In this document: piece after piece, positions 40,514 to 51,189 of the stretch
How the letters are laid out: each line of letters starts with the position of its first letter
Numbering within the stretch: position 1 is the first letter of the stretch
NCBI RefSeq assembly: GCF_964204645.1
Contig: NC_134031.1
Coordinates: forward strand, 11,658,088 to 11,722,087
Length of the DNA: 64,000 nt
Source: Tubulanus polymorphus
Taxonomy: Eukaryota > Animalia > Nemertea
Direction of reading: 5' to 3'
Made by a program: the position numbers and the translations under genes
The notes under the pieces: generated by a model
What the model saw: only the letters and a program-made list of their open reading frames with translations
Told to the model about the DNA's origin: nothing
The model's database searches: none

Positions 40514-41404
40514 AAAGATGCTGACCTTTGACCGCCGTATACGGCAATAGTCAGCTAGTACTTGGTAGGTAGTTGATTAAATCAACTATGAGGCCAAGGC
40601 ATATGTGTCAAGGTTACAAAAGAATCTTATATTTTAGTCAAACAGATTTAGAGATAATATTATTATATATTGATTTATCTTCAGATTTTATAAACTTTAC
40701 TTTAACTGATATACTAATTTTAGGATATTCAACATCAGTTATTATTTTTATTATTTCTTTCATATTTTCTAAATGTTTTTTATTTTCTTCTTGTGTTTTT
40801 CCTTTATGAAATTTAAACTCGATAGCTGCTGGGCCAATATCACTTTTAAATGCTTCGGTTATCTCTATATCTTTTTTATTATCCAATAAATTAATATATT
40901 TTCTTACATCTTCCATGTATGGTCTTTTATTGTTTAATTTATTTTTTATGCTTTTAATTGTCTTCTGTTTCTTATCATTATCTTTATCAAAATAATCTTC
41001 ACCTAAAATATCATTATTCATATTTCTAATATTTCTATATTCTTTTAGATTTTAAATGTTCATTATAATATCTTTTATCACTGAATGATTGATTACATGT
41101 ATCACATTTATATATTTCTTTTTCATTCTTTAATTCATCTAATTTAGTTTCTAATATATCATCTTCATATTCTAATTTCAATTTATTCTCTAAATGTGTT
41201 TTAGTTTTATTGTGTCTTGCTTTTTGGGATTTATCTATATTGATTTTACATGTTGAACAGTAGTACTTATTTGCTTCCATTTTAATACTAAATTTTTTAT
41301 TAAAATTGATTTTAGAAGTTCAATGATTTATATCATGTATTATTTCAATCACACTTTACTAACACTTTTAATGTTTAAAAATCTAACTCATACAAATATG
41401 AATA

Positions 41405-41925
41405 TTGAAATAATGTTGTAAATATATCTATATATCTATTCTATAAGAGCTTACACTTTTATATTGAATAATCTGTCAATTTAAATGTTATTCATGTATA
41501 TGATTATTTTAAGAGTAATAGGGGTAATAGGCTTTCAGGTTAATGGTTGAATGGTCGAGTTCATTAAAAAACAAATTATTAAAAGTAATTTAAAACTATA
41601 ATATATTTTCATAACCGTGTGCATTTCAGTTGAATAATAGAATAATTATTATAATTGAAATATATTTGATTATATGAATTTGTGTATTGTAAATAAATCA
41701 ATTGGTCGCGGAGTGGAGCGGTAGCGAAGCGGAGCGACCAATTGATTTAATACAATATGCTTTTAAAATTAAAATTATTAATATCTTAGAATAAATATTT
41801 AGTTATAATATGAAATGCACACGGTTATGAAAATATATTATTGTTTTAAATTACTTTTAATAATTTGTTTTTTAATGAACTCGACCGTTCGACCTTCGAT
41901 TTGAAAGCCTATTACCCCTATTACT
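41405..41925 (-). repeat. Right TIR of P2 (contains palindrome 41514-41925)
   Basis: Inverted match to 20319-20784. Confidence 0.92.
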
Positions 41926-42555
41926 GATGTGGCTTCTCGTGTCCGTGGTCTGCCAGGAGGAGCGGGCGCTGTCGGTTCCGAGACACTCCGTCAGTTTTGG
42001 CGTGGTCTCCGTAATGAGATGTTGCGCATGGGAACACGCTTTCTCTTTCATTCCAACGCGACCTATTACGAGATCGTAACAGAGGCTAGAAAGATTGAAG
42101 GGGAAACGGAACGGAGAGATTTCAAGTCTGTGGTGCCTCCGAAAAAACTTATGAATTCTCAAGTGTCTTCTAAAGACACACCCGGTCACTCTGAGGATCC
42201 CGCCTCCTCGTGGGAAAGGCGAATGGTGATGAAGCGAATGGCCGCTATCGAGGCTAAATTGGAGAACCGTCCTAGGTTGTGGGTCCCTCCTCCAAGACCT
42301 CCCTTGAGGAGTCAGGTAGGGCAGCGCTACGGAGGAGCTTCTTCGTTTGGGTTCCGTCCAAGGCAGCCCACACCTTCGCAGCAGACGTGTTTTTCCTGTG
42401 GCGGCGTTGGGCATATCTGTCGCGTATGTCCGAGTAGAAACATGGATAACAGGCCTTTGTCAGCCGGTAACGGTAGTTCGGGTGATAGAGATGGTCTCTC
42501 TAATAGAGATGACAGTCTCTCTGGTAATAACAGCTCGTATGACCCAAAAGAGTAA
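41926..42555 (+). pseudogene. gag: Gypsy gag, 3' part with CCHC zinc knuckle
   Basis: LRQFWRGLR...CFSCGGVGHICRVC; continues the 19443-20318 frame. Confidence 0.88.
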
Positions 42556-42974
42556 GTGTCCGTTTCGAGGGGCGGAAGCGTGACACGTCGGTATTAGGGA
42601 ACAGCCCTCAAACGAATATATCTTATCGCGTCGTTGGTAGAGCCATCTTCACCCGTCAAGGGATTCGAACCCACTACGCTAAAGCTGTTCCCCGAACCCC
42701 TTGACCTCACGAGTCGTTGGAGTCGTAACTAGCCGACCAGAATCCGGTCGTACCAATCACAGCGCTTGTAACAAACCGTCAGTAGACTTCCGTTGGTTTT
42801 CCCGTTGAATTGACCAATCAGCGAACGTTTTACCGAACAAGGAAGTATTTCGCAATATGTATGTCGCGATATATGACGTCACGCGCGACAGCGCCAGTAA
42901 TGAAATCACGCTTCGTGAGGCCAGGGGGCTGGTGGAAGCGAGTTTGGGAGTGATACCGGACCCCTGGCAAGCGA

Positions 42975-45900
42975 GGATGTGGTAGAGCCAATCTCTCGAC
43001 AGTTTCATTGGATGGGGTACCTTGCTATGCTTTAATTGACAGCGGGTCACAAGTGTCCACGGTTTCGAGGAAGTTTGTCGAGGTCTACATGTGCAGCCAG
43101 TAGCTGATTTTCTTGAGGTAACGACCGCGGGTGGTGCGGCCCTGCCATATTCCGGTTATGTCGTTGCTCGGTTGCAAGCAGCCGATTTGGATATGGAAAT
43201 CCCTATGCTTGTTGTTGAGAGTACCGACTACCATGAGAAGGTACCTGCTTTGATTGGCACCAATGTGCTGGACCAGGTCAAGGATTTTTCGACCTTGTCG
43301 GCGGCCTGGGCTGCAGCGGACGCTATACGTTGTAACAACATTTCCGAATCGGTTAAATTGACTAACGCAATCTCCGTGCCAGCCGGGGCTGAAATAACCG
43401 TACATGGGTTGGCTCGGATTAAAGGGCCGGAAGGGTTATATATGACCACTTCCGAAGGTAGTCAGATTCCCGGCAGCCTGTATGTAGTACCTACTGCACA
43501 GGAAGCCGGTTCCGTGGTATGCAATCGCGTAGTAGTACGGGTGCGAAACCCATCCCGCCGCGATGTGTCGATTCAGGCCGGAGTGATTATTGCTTCTGCC
43601 GTGCCTGTCGATTTCGTGGCGGGGCGTAGGTTTGTATCGGAGGACGGGGAGATTAGTCCTTCAGGCGTCGATGGTGCTACACCGGATCTTGATACTCCTA
43701 CTCCTCCTCCTCCGGAGGTCCCTAACGATAATGTTGCTCCTCAAAAACCTTGGCACGCATCCTTGTCGCGCGAGGATTTTATAAAACTGTTCCAAATGGA
43801 TGGCGTAATACCTGAGGCTAGATCGAAACTCGAAGATCTGCTGTGGATGTGGCGATCTATTTTCGCAATGAGTGATCTCGACATGGGACGTACGAGTTTA
43901 ATAGAACACAGGATTAACATGTCTGATCCTACTCCTGTTCATCAGAGGTATCGGAGGATTCCTCCGGCGATGGTTAATGAAGTTAGGGAACATCTGCGCA
44001 TGATGTTGGAAGCAGGTGTGATACGCCCGTCCAACAGTGCGTTTGCGTCTCCTATAGTTCTTGTTCGGAAGAAAACTGGAGAACTTAGGTTCTGTATAGA
44101 CTACCGTGAGTTGAACAAGAGAACCATTCCTGACAGGTTTAGCCTCCCTAGGATCGACGAGCAGCTGGGTGCACTAGCTGGTTCCACTTACTTCTCATGC
44201 CTTGATCTCAAGAGCGGTTATTGGCAAGTAAGCATGGCTCCGGAGCATCGTGAACGTACAGCTTTTACTGTTGGTCCGGGGTTCGGATTTTTTGAATGCA
44301 ATGTAATGCCTTTTGGGTTAACGGGAGCACCAGCCACGTTCCAACGTCTCATGGAGAACTGTTTAGGCGAATTAAATCTCCAGGAATGTCTTGTTTATAT
44401 TGACGATATAATTGTTTTTAGTGACACCATTGATGAGCATATCGTGCGTCTGTCTGACGTGTTTAGGAAGCTTCAACAGGCCGGGCTCAAGTTAAAGCCC
44501 TCAAAATTTACTTTTTTTCGCGAGAAAGTTTTGTACCTGGGACACATCATGTCAGCGGCTGGTATTGAACCCGACCCCAAGAAAACTCAGGCTATCCGAG
44601 ACTGGGTTGTTCCCTTGACTGTTGCGGAACTCCGTAGCTTCTTAGGATTTGCCTCGTATTATCGTCGTTTCGTGAAGGGTTTTTCAGCTATTGCAAAACC
44701 TCTAAATGATCTTTTGAAGGGGTTGCCTAAATCTCGTAGGAACGAGGAGAAGATTCCTTGGAATGACGTCCAACAGCAGGCTTTTGACCAACTAAAGTCA
44801 GTACTTTCTGAGCCTCCGGTTTTGGCTTACGCTGATTATAAACTTCCGTTTGAGCTTCATACGGACGCTTCTCTTAACGGGCTTGGTGCGTGTTTGTACC
44901 AACGCCAGGACGGAAATCTGAGACAGATCGCTTTCGCTAGTCGCGGTTTAAAAGATGCCGAGCGAAAGTATCCTATACATAAACTTGAATTCCTCGCTCT
45001 CAAGTGGGCTGTCAGTGAGGTGTTTTATGATTAATTGTACGGCAACGAGTGCGTCGCTAAGACTGACAGTAACCCATTAACATATGTTCTTTCTTCGGCG
45101 AAATTGGACGCTATGAGTCACAGGTGGCTCCAAGCTCTGTCCATTTGCAATTTGTCGCTTGAGTATTTGTCCGGAAAGTGCAACATAGATGCGGACGCAT
45201 TGAGTCGTCAAGTTCACGTTTCACCGTTAGTAAAAAAAGTTGTTCGCGTTGTGTTATCCATAAAGCTCCTACTCCTTCACAACAGGCTACTTTTGTTCCT
45301 ATCACCACGTCTGAGCCTTTGGAGGTTGTGTGTCTCGATTTCTTAACTTTGGACAAAAGCAAAGGTGGTTTTGAGAACGCTTTAGTCATCACTGACCATT
45401 TCACTAAGTATGCTTTAGCTGTTCCGACGCGGAACCAGACTGCACAAACAACGGCCCGTGTTCTATTCAATTCTTTCATTTCAAAGTTTGGAATCCCTAA
45501 GAGGATTCACTCTGATCAAGGTGCGAACTTTGAAAGCGGTCTCATAAAGGAATTATGTTCGATTTTCGGCATCAAGAAATCGCGCACTACGCCGTATCAC
45601 CCCATGGGAAACGGTGCTTGTGAGCGCTTTATTTCAACTTTAATTCAACGATTGGGTCTTTTGGAACCTGCAAAGAAAATTGCATGGAAAGATCATTTGT
45701 CTTCGGTTCTGTTTGTATACAATTGTACGCCTCACGAGTCCACTGGTTTTTCGCCTTATCGCTTAATGTTTGGCAGGACTCCGATTTTGCCTGTAGACGA
45801 GGTTTATCAATTAAGCAAGCCTTCACGGCAATATACAGCTACTCTTCAGGAGGAGTTTAATTCTTTGTGGGCTCAGGCCAAAGTAAAGTTAGCGAAGTCA

Positions 45901-46305
45901 GCCGAGAATTCAAAGAAATACTATAATTCCAGGGTTCGTGGTATTTCGGTCGCCGTGGGTGACTTCGTTTTGGTGAAACGTGTAGGCATTAAGGGACGCG
46001 ATAAACTCGGGGACAAGTGGGAAGAAAATCCATATGTGATTGTATCCCAGCCTAATATGGAAATACCCGTCTACGTGGTCAGAGACACTGTGTCTGGTAA
46101 GACGAGGACGCTTCATCGGAACTTGCTGTTGTTCCTTTCAGTTCCACTGCGTCCAAATCGCAGCTCTGAGGTTGTTGGAGTTGGGAAACATGGTTCCGGG
46201 ATTAGGAGAGATAAGACTAGTTTAGTTGAGCCTGCGGAGTCGGTCAGCAGCACGAGTTGTGATGAGACCGATGAGTTTATCTTGTTCGATTGGGGAGCTT
46301 CTTAG
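42975..46305 (+). pseudogene. pol: Gypsy pol (protease, RT, RNase H, integrase) with stops, frameshifts and a deletion near 45210
   Basis: ALIDSGSQVS; LRFCIDYR, LDLKSGYWQ, MPFGL, YIDD; TDAS, LEFLAL; TDHFTK, HSDQG, GACERF; PYVI module. Confidence 0.95.
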
Positions 46306-47363
46306 GGGACTTTTCCTCTTAATGAGGAATTGTCTGGTATCCCTCGTTCATTAACAGTGGACACCCCCGACGACGAATCTACTTTATCTGTAGTCGCATC
46401 GGACGTGAGTCCGTAAAGTCATTCTGTCATTGAATCGCCCCCCGTTGAGAGCGTTTCTCCTGATGAGGCTAGGCCCGACGACAGTCCGCTAGGTGTTGAT
46501 ACGTCTCTTGTTGCGGACGTGCCTTTTGATGAGATTAGGCCGGAGGTCGATCCATCTAATGAGGTGCAATCACCAGATTTTTCCGTGCGTCCAGCCCTTG
46601 CCGATCGTCCTACAAGGGTAAGACGTATGCCTGAACGGTTTGCTGACTATCAGGTTGGCGCTTTAACGGTAGGTCCTTCGTGACAACAGAAGCTGGATAC
46701 TTTGTTATTGGCAAGCAAAGATGCTTCGATAAGCGGAAATCCGACTCTGTTGGCAGCGGTCATGAAACTATGTGAATAAGTATTTTTAAAATGTCATCAA
46801 ATGTCCGGGTTATTGAACCATGTATATCCATTATTTATCCAGTATATCCATTATTTTGCGTTGTGTGTTTTAATTCATTTTGGGTTTTTTTTTCTTGTCT
46901 CTTCATTTTCGTGATGTCTATAAGATGAAGTCGTGTATTACGACAAATTCTTTGAAGCTACGTCGCTTCTTATGTGTTTATTTATCTCGATCTGGGGACA
47001 GATTTTCTTTGGAAGGGTGGTGTAGATATGCCGGGTCTTTCAATATATATATATTAATTTATGTGTGTGATGTAAGTTACACGCCTGTATGTGAAACTGG
47101 GTGCAAAGTTTGGAGTGAAATTTTTAGAATTAGTATTATAAATAACTGTGGGAGTGGTTTGGATTTTGTTTATGTAAATTCTATTAAGTCACTATTAATT
47201 AAGAGCTAGTAGTAGTTCTTGGTCGGTAATCTGTGCTTTGTTCTGAATGATTTCTTGCTGCGTTCCGTCCGTCTGGAAGCCAGGGAATTTTGAAAAAATA
47301 TTAGATTGCTGAAACGACATCCTGTTTATGTCACTTATTTCGGGAACGAAAGTTCTTGACGTT

Positions 47364-47372
47364 AAGGGAGGG
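47364..47372 (+). promoter_or_regulatory. Polypurine tract
   Basis: AAGGGAGGG immediately before the 3' LTR. Confidence 0.75.
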
Positions 47373-47768
47373 TGTTGCCGGGCTGTTTATTCGGCGGTAT
47401 AATTGATAGCCTCCGTTCGGTGCTGCCACCTTCATGGTCTGCATATAGTTTGAAGTCTTGGCGGGAACAGTGTTAGTTTGTTGGCGGTCGCCTTCCAGGC
47501 AACCACTCTGTGAAATATATGTTGATGTGATTTACACTGTTCCCGCAGGTAAGAAAGCTTCGTATGATTCTGACTTAATTATTTATCATGTGTAATATTT
47601 GTTGGTTAGTTTGTTGGCGGTCGCCTTCCAGGCAACCACTCTGTGAAATATATGTTGATGTGATTTACACTGTTCCCGCAGGTCTTTCGTTGTTGTTTAA
47701 TGTTGGTTGGTGGAGTGGACCTCCGGACAGACGAGGCATATACAGGATTTACAAGAAGCCCCGTCACA
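47373..47768 (+). repeat. 3' LTR
   Basis: Direct repeat of 18063-18458. Confidence 0.97.
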
Positions 47769-47772
47769 TATA

Positions 47773-49044
47773 TTTTATTATCAAAATCATTTTCTGATTC
47801 GAAAAAGAAATCTATTCTTTTAATCCACATATAATGATTCTCATAATATAATATATATATAACATCATTTGAATCATAATCTTTTGATAAATACAAAGGT
47901 TCTATTGTATAATTTTTTATATTTTTACCTTTCGTTTTTGGTAATTTGACTAAATCAAACACATTTATCTTTATATCATTATCTCTTTCTATTTTTGGGA
48001 TACTTTTAATTCTAACTGGATAACTGTCTATCTTATAATCATTTTCAAATTGTTTATAATTGTTAATCTAAAACTATGTGTAATATCTTCTGTTGGATGT
48101 AAGCAACTTATAATTGTCCATAGAAAACATTTATCATCAAAATTTTGTACATTTATTACAGCATTAGTTTTAAATGGTAATTTGATATAACTTGATCCAT
48201 TTATATTATCATCTTTATAATATGATAAATTATTTTCATCAATTTGTTTTGATTTAGTTAACTTATTATATTTTGTGTTATAAACATGTAAAGTCATAAA
48301 TATTATTTCATCAAATATTAAACCAGATCCTTCAAAATATTTCTCTTCTATTTTAGTTTTTACTTCATTATAACATTTATCTTATTTTTCATCTATATGT
48401 TGTTTTGAAATAATATGTTGCGAATGGGAATTTATATTATATATTGGTTCATCTTCAGATTTTATAAACTTAACTTTGACTGATATGCTAATTTTAGGGT
48501 ATTCAACATCAGTAATTATTTTTATAATATTTTTCATATTTTCTAAATGTTTTTTATTTTCTTCTAATGTTTTTCCTTTATGAAATTTAAACTCAATAGC
48601 AGCTTGACCAATGTCACTTTTAAATGATTCGGTTATTTCAATATCTTTTTTATTATTTAATGAATTAATATAATTTTTACATCATCCGTGTATGGCCTTT
48701 TATTGTTTATTTTAGTTTTTATTCTTTTAATTATCTTCTGTTTCTTATCATTATCTTTATCAAAATAATTTTCACCTAAAATATCATCATTCATATTTCT
48801 AATATGACTTTTAGATTTTAAATTTTTTATAATATCTTTTGTTACTGAATGATTGATTACATGTGTCACATTTGTATGTTTCTTTTTCATTCTTTAATTC
48901 TTCTAATTTAGTTTCTAATATATCATCTTTATATTCTAATTTCAATTTATTTTTTAAATGTGTTTTAGTTTTATTATGTCTTGATTTTTGGAGATTTATC
49001 TATATGAATTTTACATGTTGAACAGTAGTACTTATTGCTTCCAT
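47773..49044 (-). pseudogene. pPolB of P3, 5' part
   Basis: Zinc-finger N-terminus, EGSG, SSYIKLP, DDKCFLW, ENHYMWI. Confidence 0.9.
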
Positions 49045-49083
49045 TTTAATATCCAATCTTTTTATTAAAATTGATTTTAGAAG

Positions 49084-49440
49084 TTATTCGAAATCTATTT
49101 CCTGGTGTCCTTTTTCATTCTTACACTTATATATGAAATAGAAATCACCAGAACATAATTCTTCTAAATCTTCACTAGATAATCTATGAAATCTATCCGG
49201 CAAATATGTTTTGAATTTATATTTATTTCCTTTTAATCCTTCATATTCCAAGTGAATAACTAATTTATCTCCATATTTGTTAGAAACTGTATCAATATTT
49301 GGAATTAGATATTTCTTATGAATTGTTAATTCTGTTAACTTCTTAAATTTATAATCTACTGATTTAGCATTTGTGATATCTTTTATTCTATCTAGAAATG
49401 ATTTGTTGTTCTAACTGTGTACTTGTTTACTACTCTCCAT
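49084..49440 (-). pseudogene. Putative SSB homologue, upstream of pPolB in P3
   Basis: Nucleotide homology to 8968-9321; early stop. Confidence 0.6.
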
Positions 49441-49500
49441 TTTAATATCAAATTTTCTATTAAAATTGATTTTAGAAGTTATTCATTTTTATATTTTAAG

Positions 49501-49621
49501 AGTAATAGGGAATATGTTGTTTCGTATCAAAGGTTGAAAGGTCGAAAAATAAATTCGAGTGTGCGAGAATTATTTTTCGACCTTTCGACCTTTGGAATGA
49601 AACAACATATTCCCTATTACT
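49501..49621. repeat. 121-bp terminal hairpin of P3
   Basis: AGTAATAGGGAATATGTTGTTTC...GAAACAACATATTCCCTATTACT. Confidence 0.88.
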
Positions 49622-50459
49622 TGTATGAGACTTGGCAATGATAAGTTGCAAGAAATCACCAAACATAAGAAAAAAAATATTAAGAATTAATAAGCGCACA
49701 GCGAGCACCAAAGGTGCGAGCTGGAAGCTCCTTAAGTTAATCGCGCATGTGAGGCAAATTCAAATTTTCTATATTCCTCCATACCGTCCTTCTCAAAAAG
49801 TGTAGTTTACATCCGGGACACATGGGCATTGGCTAAATCGCGGCAACGAAAATTACGGTCACGGACGAACTTTCGTCGAAACTTGCAGGCCGCGTCACGT
49901 TTAAATACGTGTATGAAGGATAACAAAATGATTTTGTGTAATTTTCAGAATATTTACAAAGAATATTCATAAAATATTGTCAAAAATGTTATTTTCAGTT
50001 CGTATTTCTCCGTAGAAACCGATTGGAAGACTGGATTCGAATCCCACAAAAAGCACAGTCCCTTAGTAACGGGTCGAATTTTTTAGAATCACAAGCGCGC
50101 CGGTTTCATAGCATCACTAAGGGTCGAGTCCCGGGGAATAACGCGTGCGCGCGCAGTCCGCGTGTTACAAAATGACCGACCCGCCCCGCCCCACACAAGT
50201 ACCAAATAATTAACTCAAAACTTTGCCAATCCCTGGGAGTAAAATGCGTCGTTTTTTAACATATCTTATCTTTATGTGTCGTTTACTCACGTTTTTCAAA
50301 CGTTATTCCCCTTTTCCGTTTCGAGTAAAATTCGTATACGCTATAATCTGTATTTAAATACCGATTTTACTATTAATATTTAGTGTAATAAAACTATATA
50401 AAACTATTGAAGCCATCAGATTTAATGTAGAAATCTGACGTTTTTTAACTACAAAAAAA

Positions 50460-51000
50460 TTTATTCTCGTGTAATCGATAAAACAATAGGCTCTCAATAT
50501 GTGATCAACATTCCCAACCCACGTTGTTTTTCGCAGAAAATGATTTTTTTTAAATTTTATCATGGGTCCCTTAAGTAATTATAATTCGCTCGAAGGTCTA
50601 TCATATTTTCGGTGATTTTCTTTGGTCACGCCACCGGGTGCCTTCCTTCAGCAAAACCTACATTTTTTGCAATGTAGAACTTGCGGGAACAAATTTCTTT
50701 AGTAAAACATACAGTTAAAGCCAACACAACAGTTAAAGCCGTTCGTAGAACATATCTGACGATACAGAAAGATTTATTGTCGTATGAAAGATAAAACAAA
50801 CAAGGCTTTCAATTTGTAATCAACAATCCCAAAGCATGTTTTTTTCGCTAAAAATGAATTCCTCTTCATGTATATTTGATCACGGCGCATCTTCGCTCGA
50901 AAATAAATCTTCGACATTTTGGGTGATTTTCTTTGGCCACGGACCACACCGAACACAGGTGCCCCTGCAAAACCTATGTTTTTTTTACAATGTAGAATTC
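50460..51000. repeat. Diverged ~310-bp tandem duplication in the flank
   Basis: GATAAAACAA...CAACA(T/A)TCCCAA...TTTTTCGC...GGTGATTTTCTTTGG...CAAAACCTA...CAATGTAGAA occurs twice. Confidence 0.6.
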
Positions 51001-51149
51001 TATATAAGTTACCGAAAGGGCACTCGCCTATTTATTCATTAAAACTTAAGACTGGCTGTGCACTTCACCAAGTTTCGACTTTGGCATATTGTTACTGTAA
51101 TTAAGAATTAGTAATTAGGAAATGGCGTTTTCATTCGAGAGGTCGAGAC

Positions 51150-51189
51150 ACCACTCATCACCACAAGTAATTTCTTTTCCTTATAAATG
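51150..51189 (+). repeat. 40-bp inverted repeat, left copy
   Basis: ACCACTCATCACCACAAGTAATTTCTTTTCCTTATAAATG; 37/40 match to the reverse complement of 57511-57550. Confidence 0.9.

Larger units (their letters stand above)
35757..40660 (-). mobile_element. Non-LTR retrotransposon, CR1/L2 group (Crack-like), 5'-truncated with a duplicated 3' end
   Basis: APE endonuclease plus RT, (ATTC)n tail at 35757-35770, 3'-UTR stem-loop near 35845-35900, and a likely TATTA TSD (35752-35756 and 40661-40665). Confidence 0.9.
32457..41280 (-). pseudogene. pPolB of P2, intein-free, interrupted by the LINE
   Basis: Fragments 32457-35756 and 40661-41280 rejoin; YFDTDSY is intact. Confidence 0.95.
20319..41925. 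mobile_element. Complete Polinton/Maverick P2 (~16.7 kb without the LINE)
   Basis: TIRs start AGTAATAGGGG and end CCCCTATTACT; 6-bp TSD GATGTA/GATGTG. Removing P2 restores gag LEDV-ASRV. Contains integrase, ATPase, major capsid, penton and pPolB genes. Confidence 0.97.
18063..47768 (+). mobile_element. Ty3/Gypsy LTR retrotransposon, full length (~8 kb excluding the nested P2)
   Basis: 396-bp TG...CA LTRs, TATA TSD (18059-18062 and 47769-47772), PBS, PPT, and gag then PR-RT-RH-INT order. Confidence 0.97.
13717..49621 (-). mobile_element. Polinton copy P3 (partial), interrupted by Gypsy at 18063-47768
   Basis: The pPolB halves (15417-18062 and 47773-49044) rejoin across the TATA TSD. SSB-like gene at 49084-49440; terminal hairpin at 49501-49621. 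Confidence 0.85.

Noticed and set aside
42640-42720. tRNA gene
   Set aside because: Only a T-loop/B-box is recognisable; no convincing cloverleaf.
41872-46225. Alternative-frame and antisense ORFs over gag/pol
   Set aside because: Shadow ORFs of GC-richer retroelement coding sequence with no motifs.
50020-50050. B-box-like GGATTCGAATCCC suggesting a tRNA or SINE
   Set aside because: Isolated motif with no A-box or structure that I can support.
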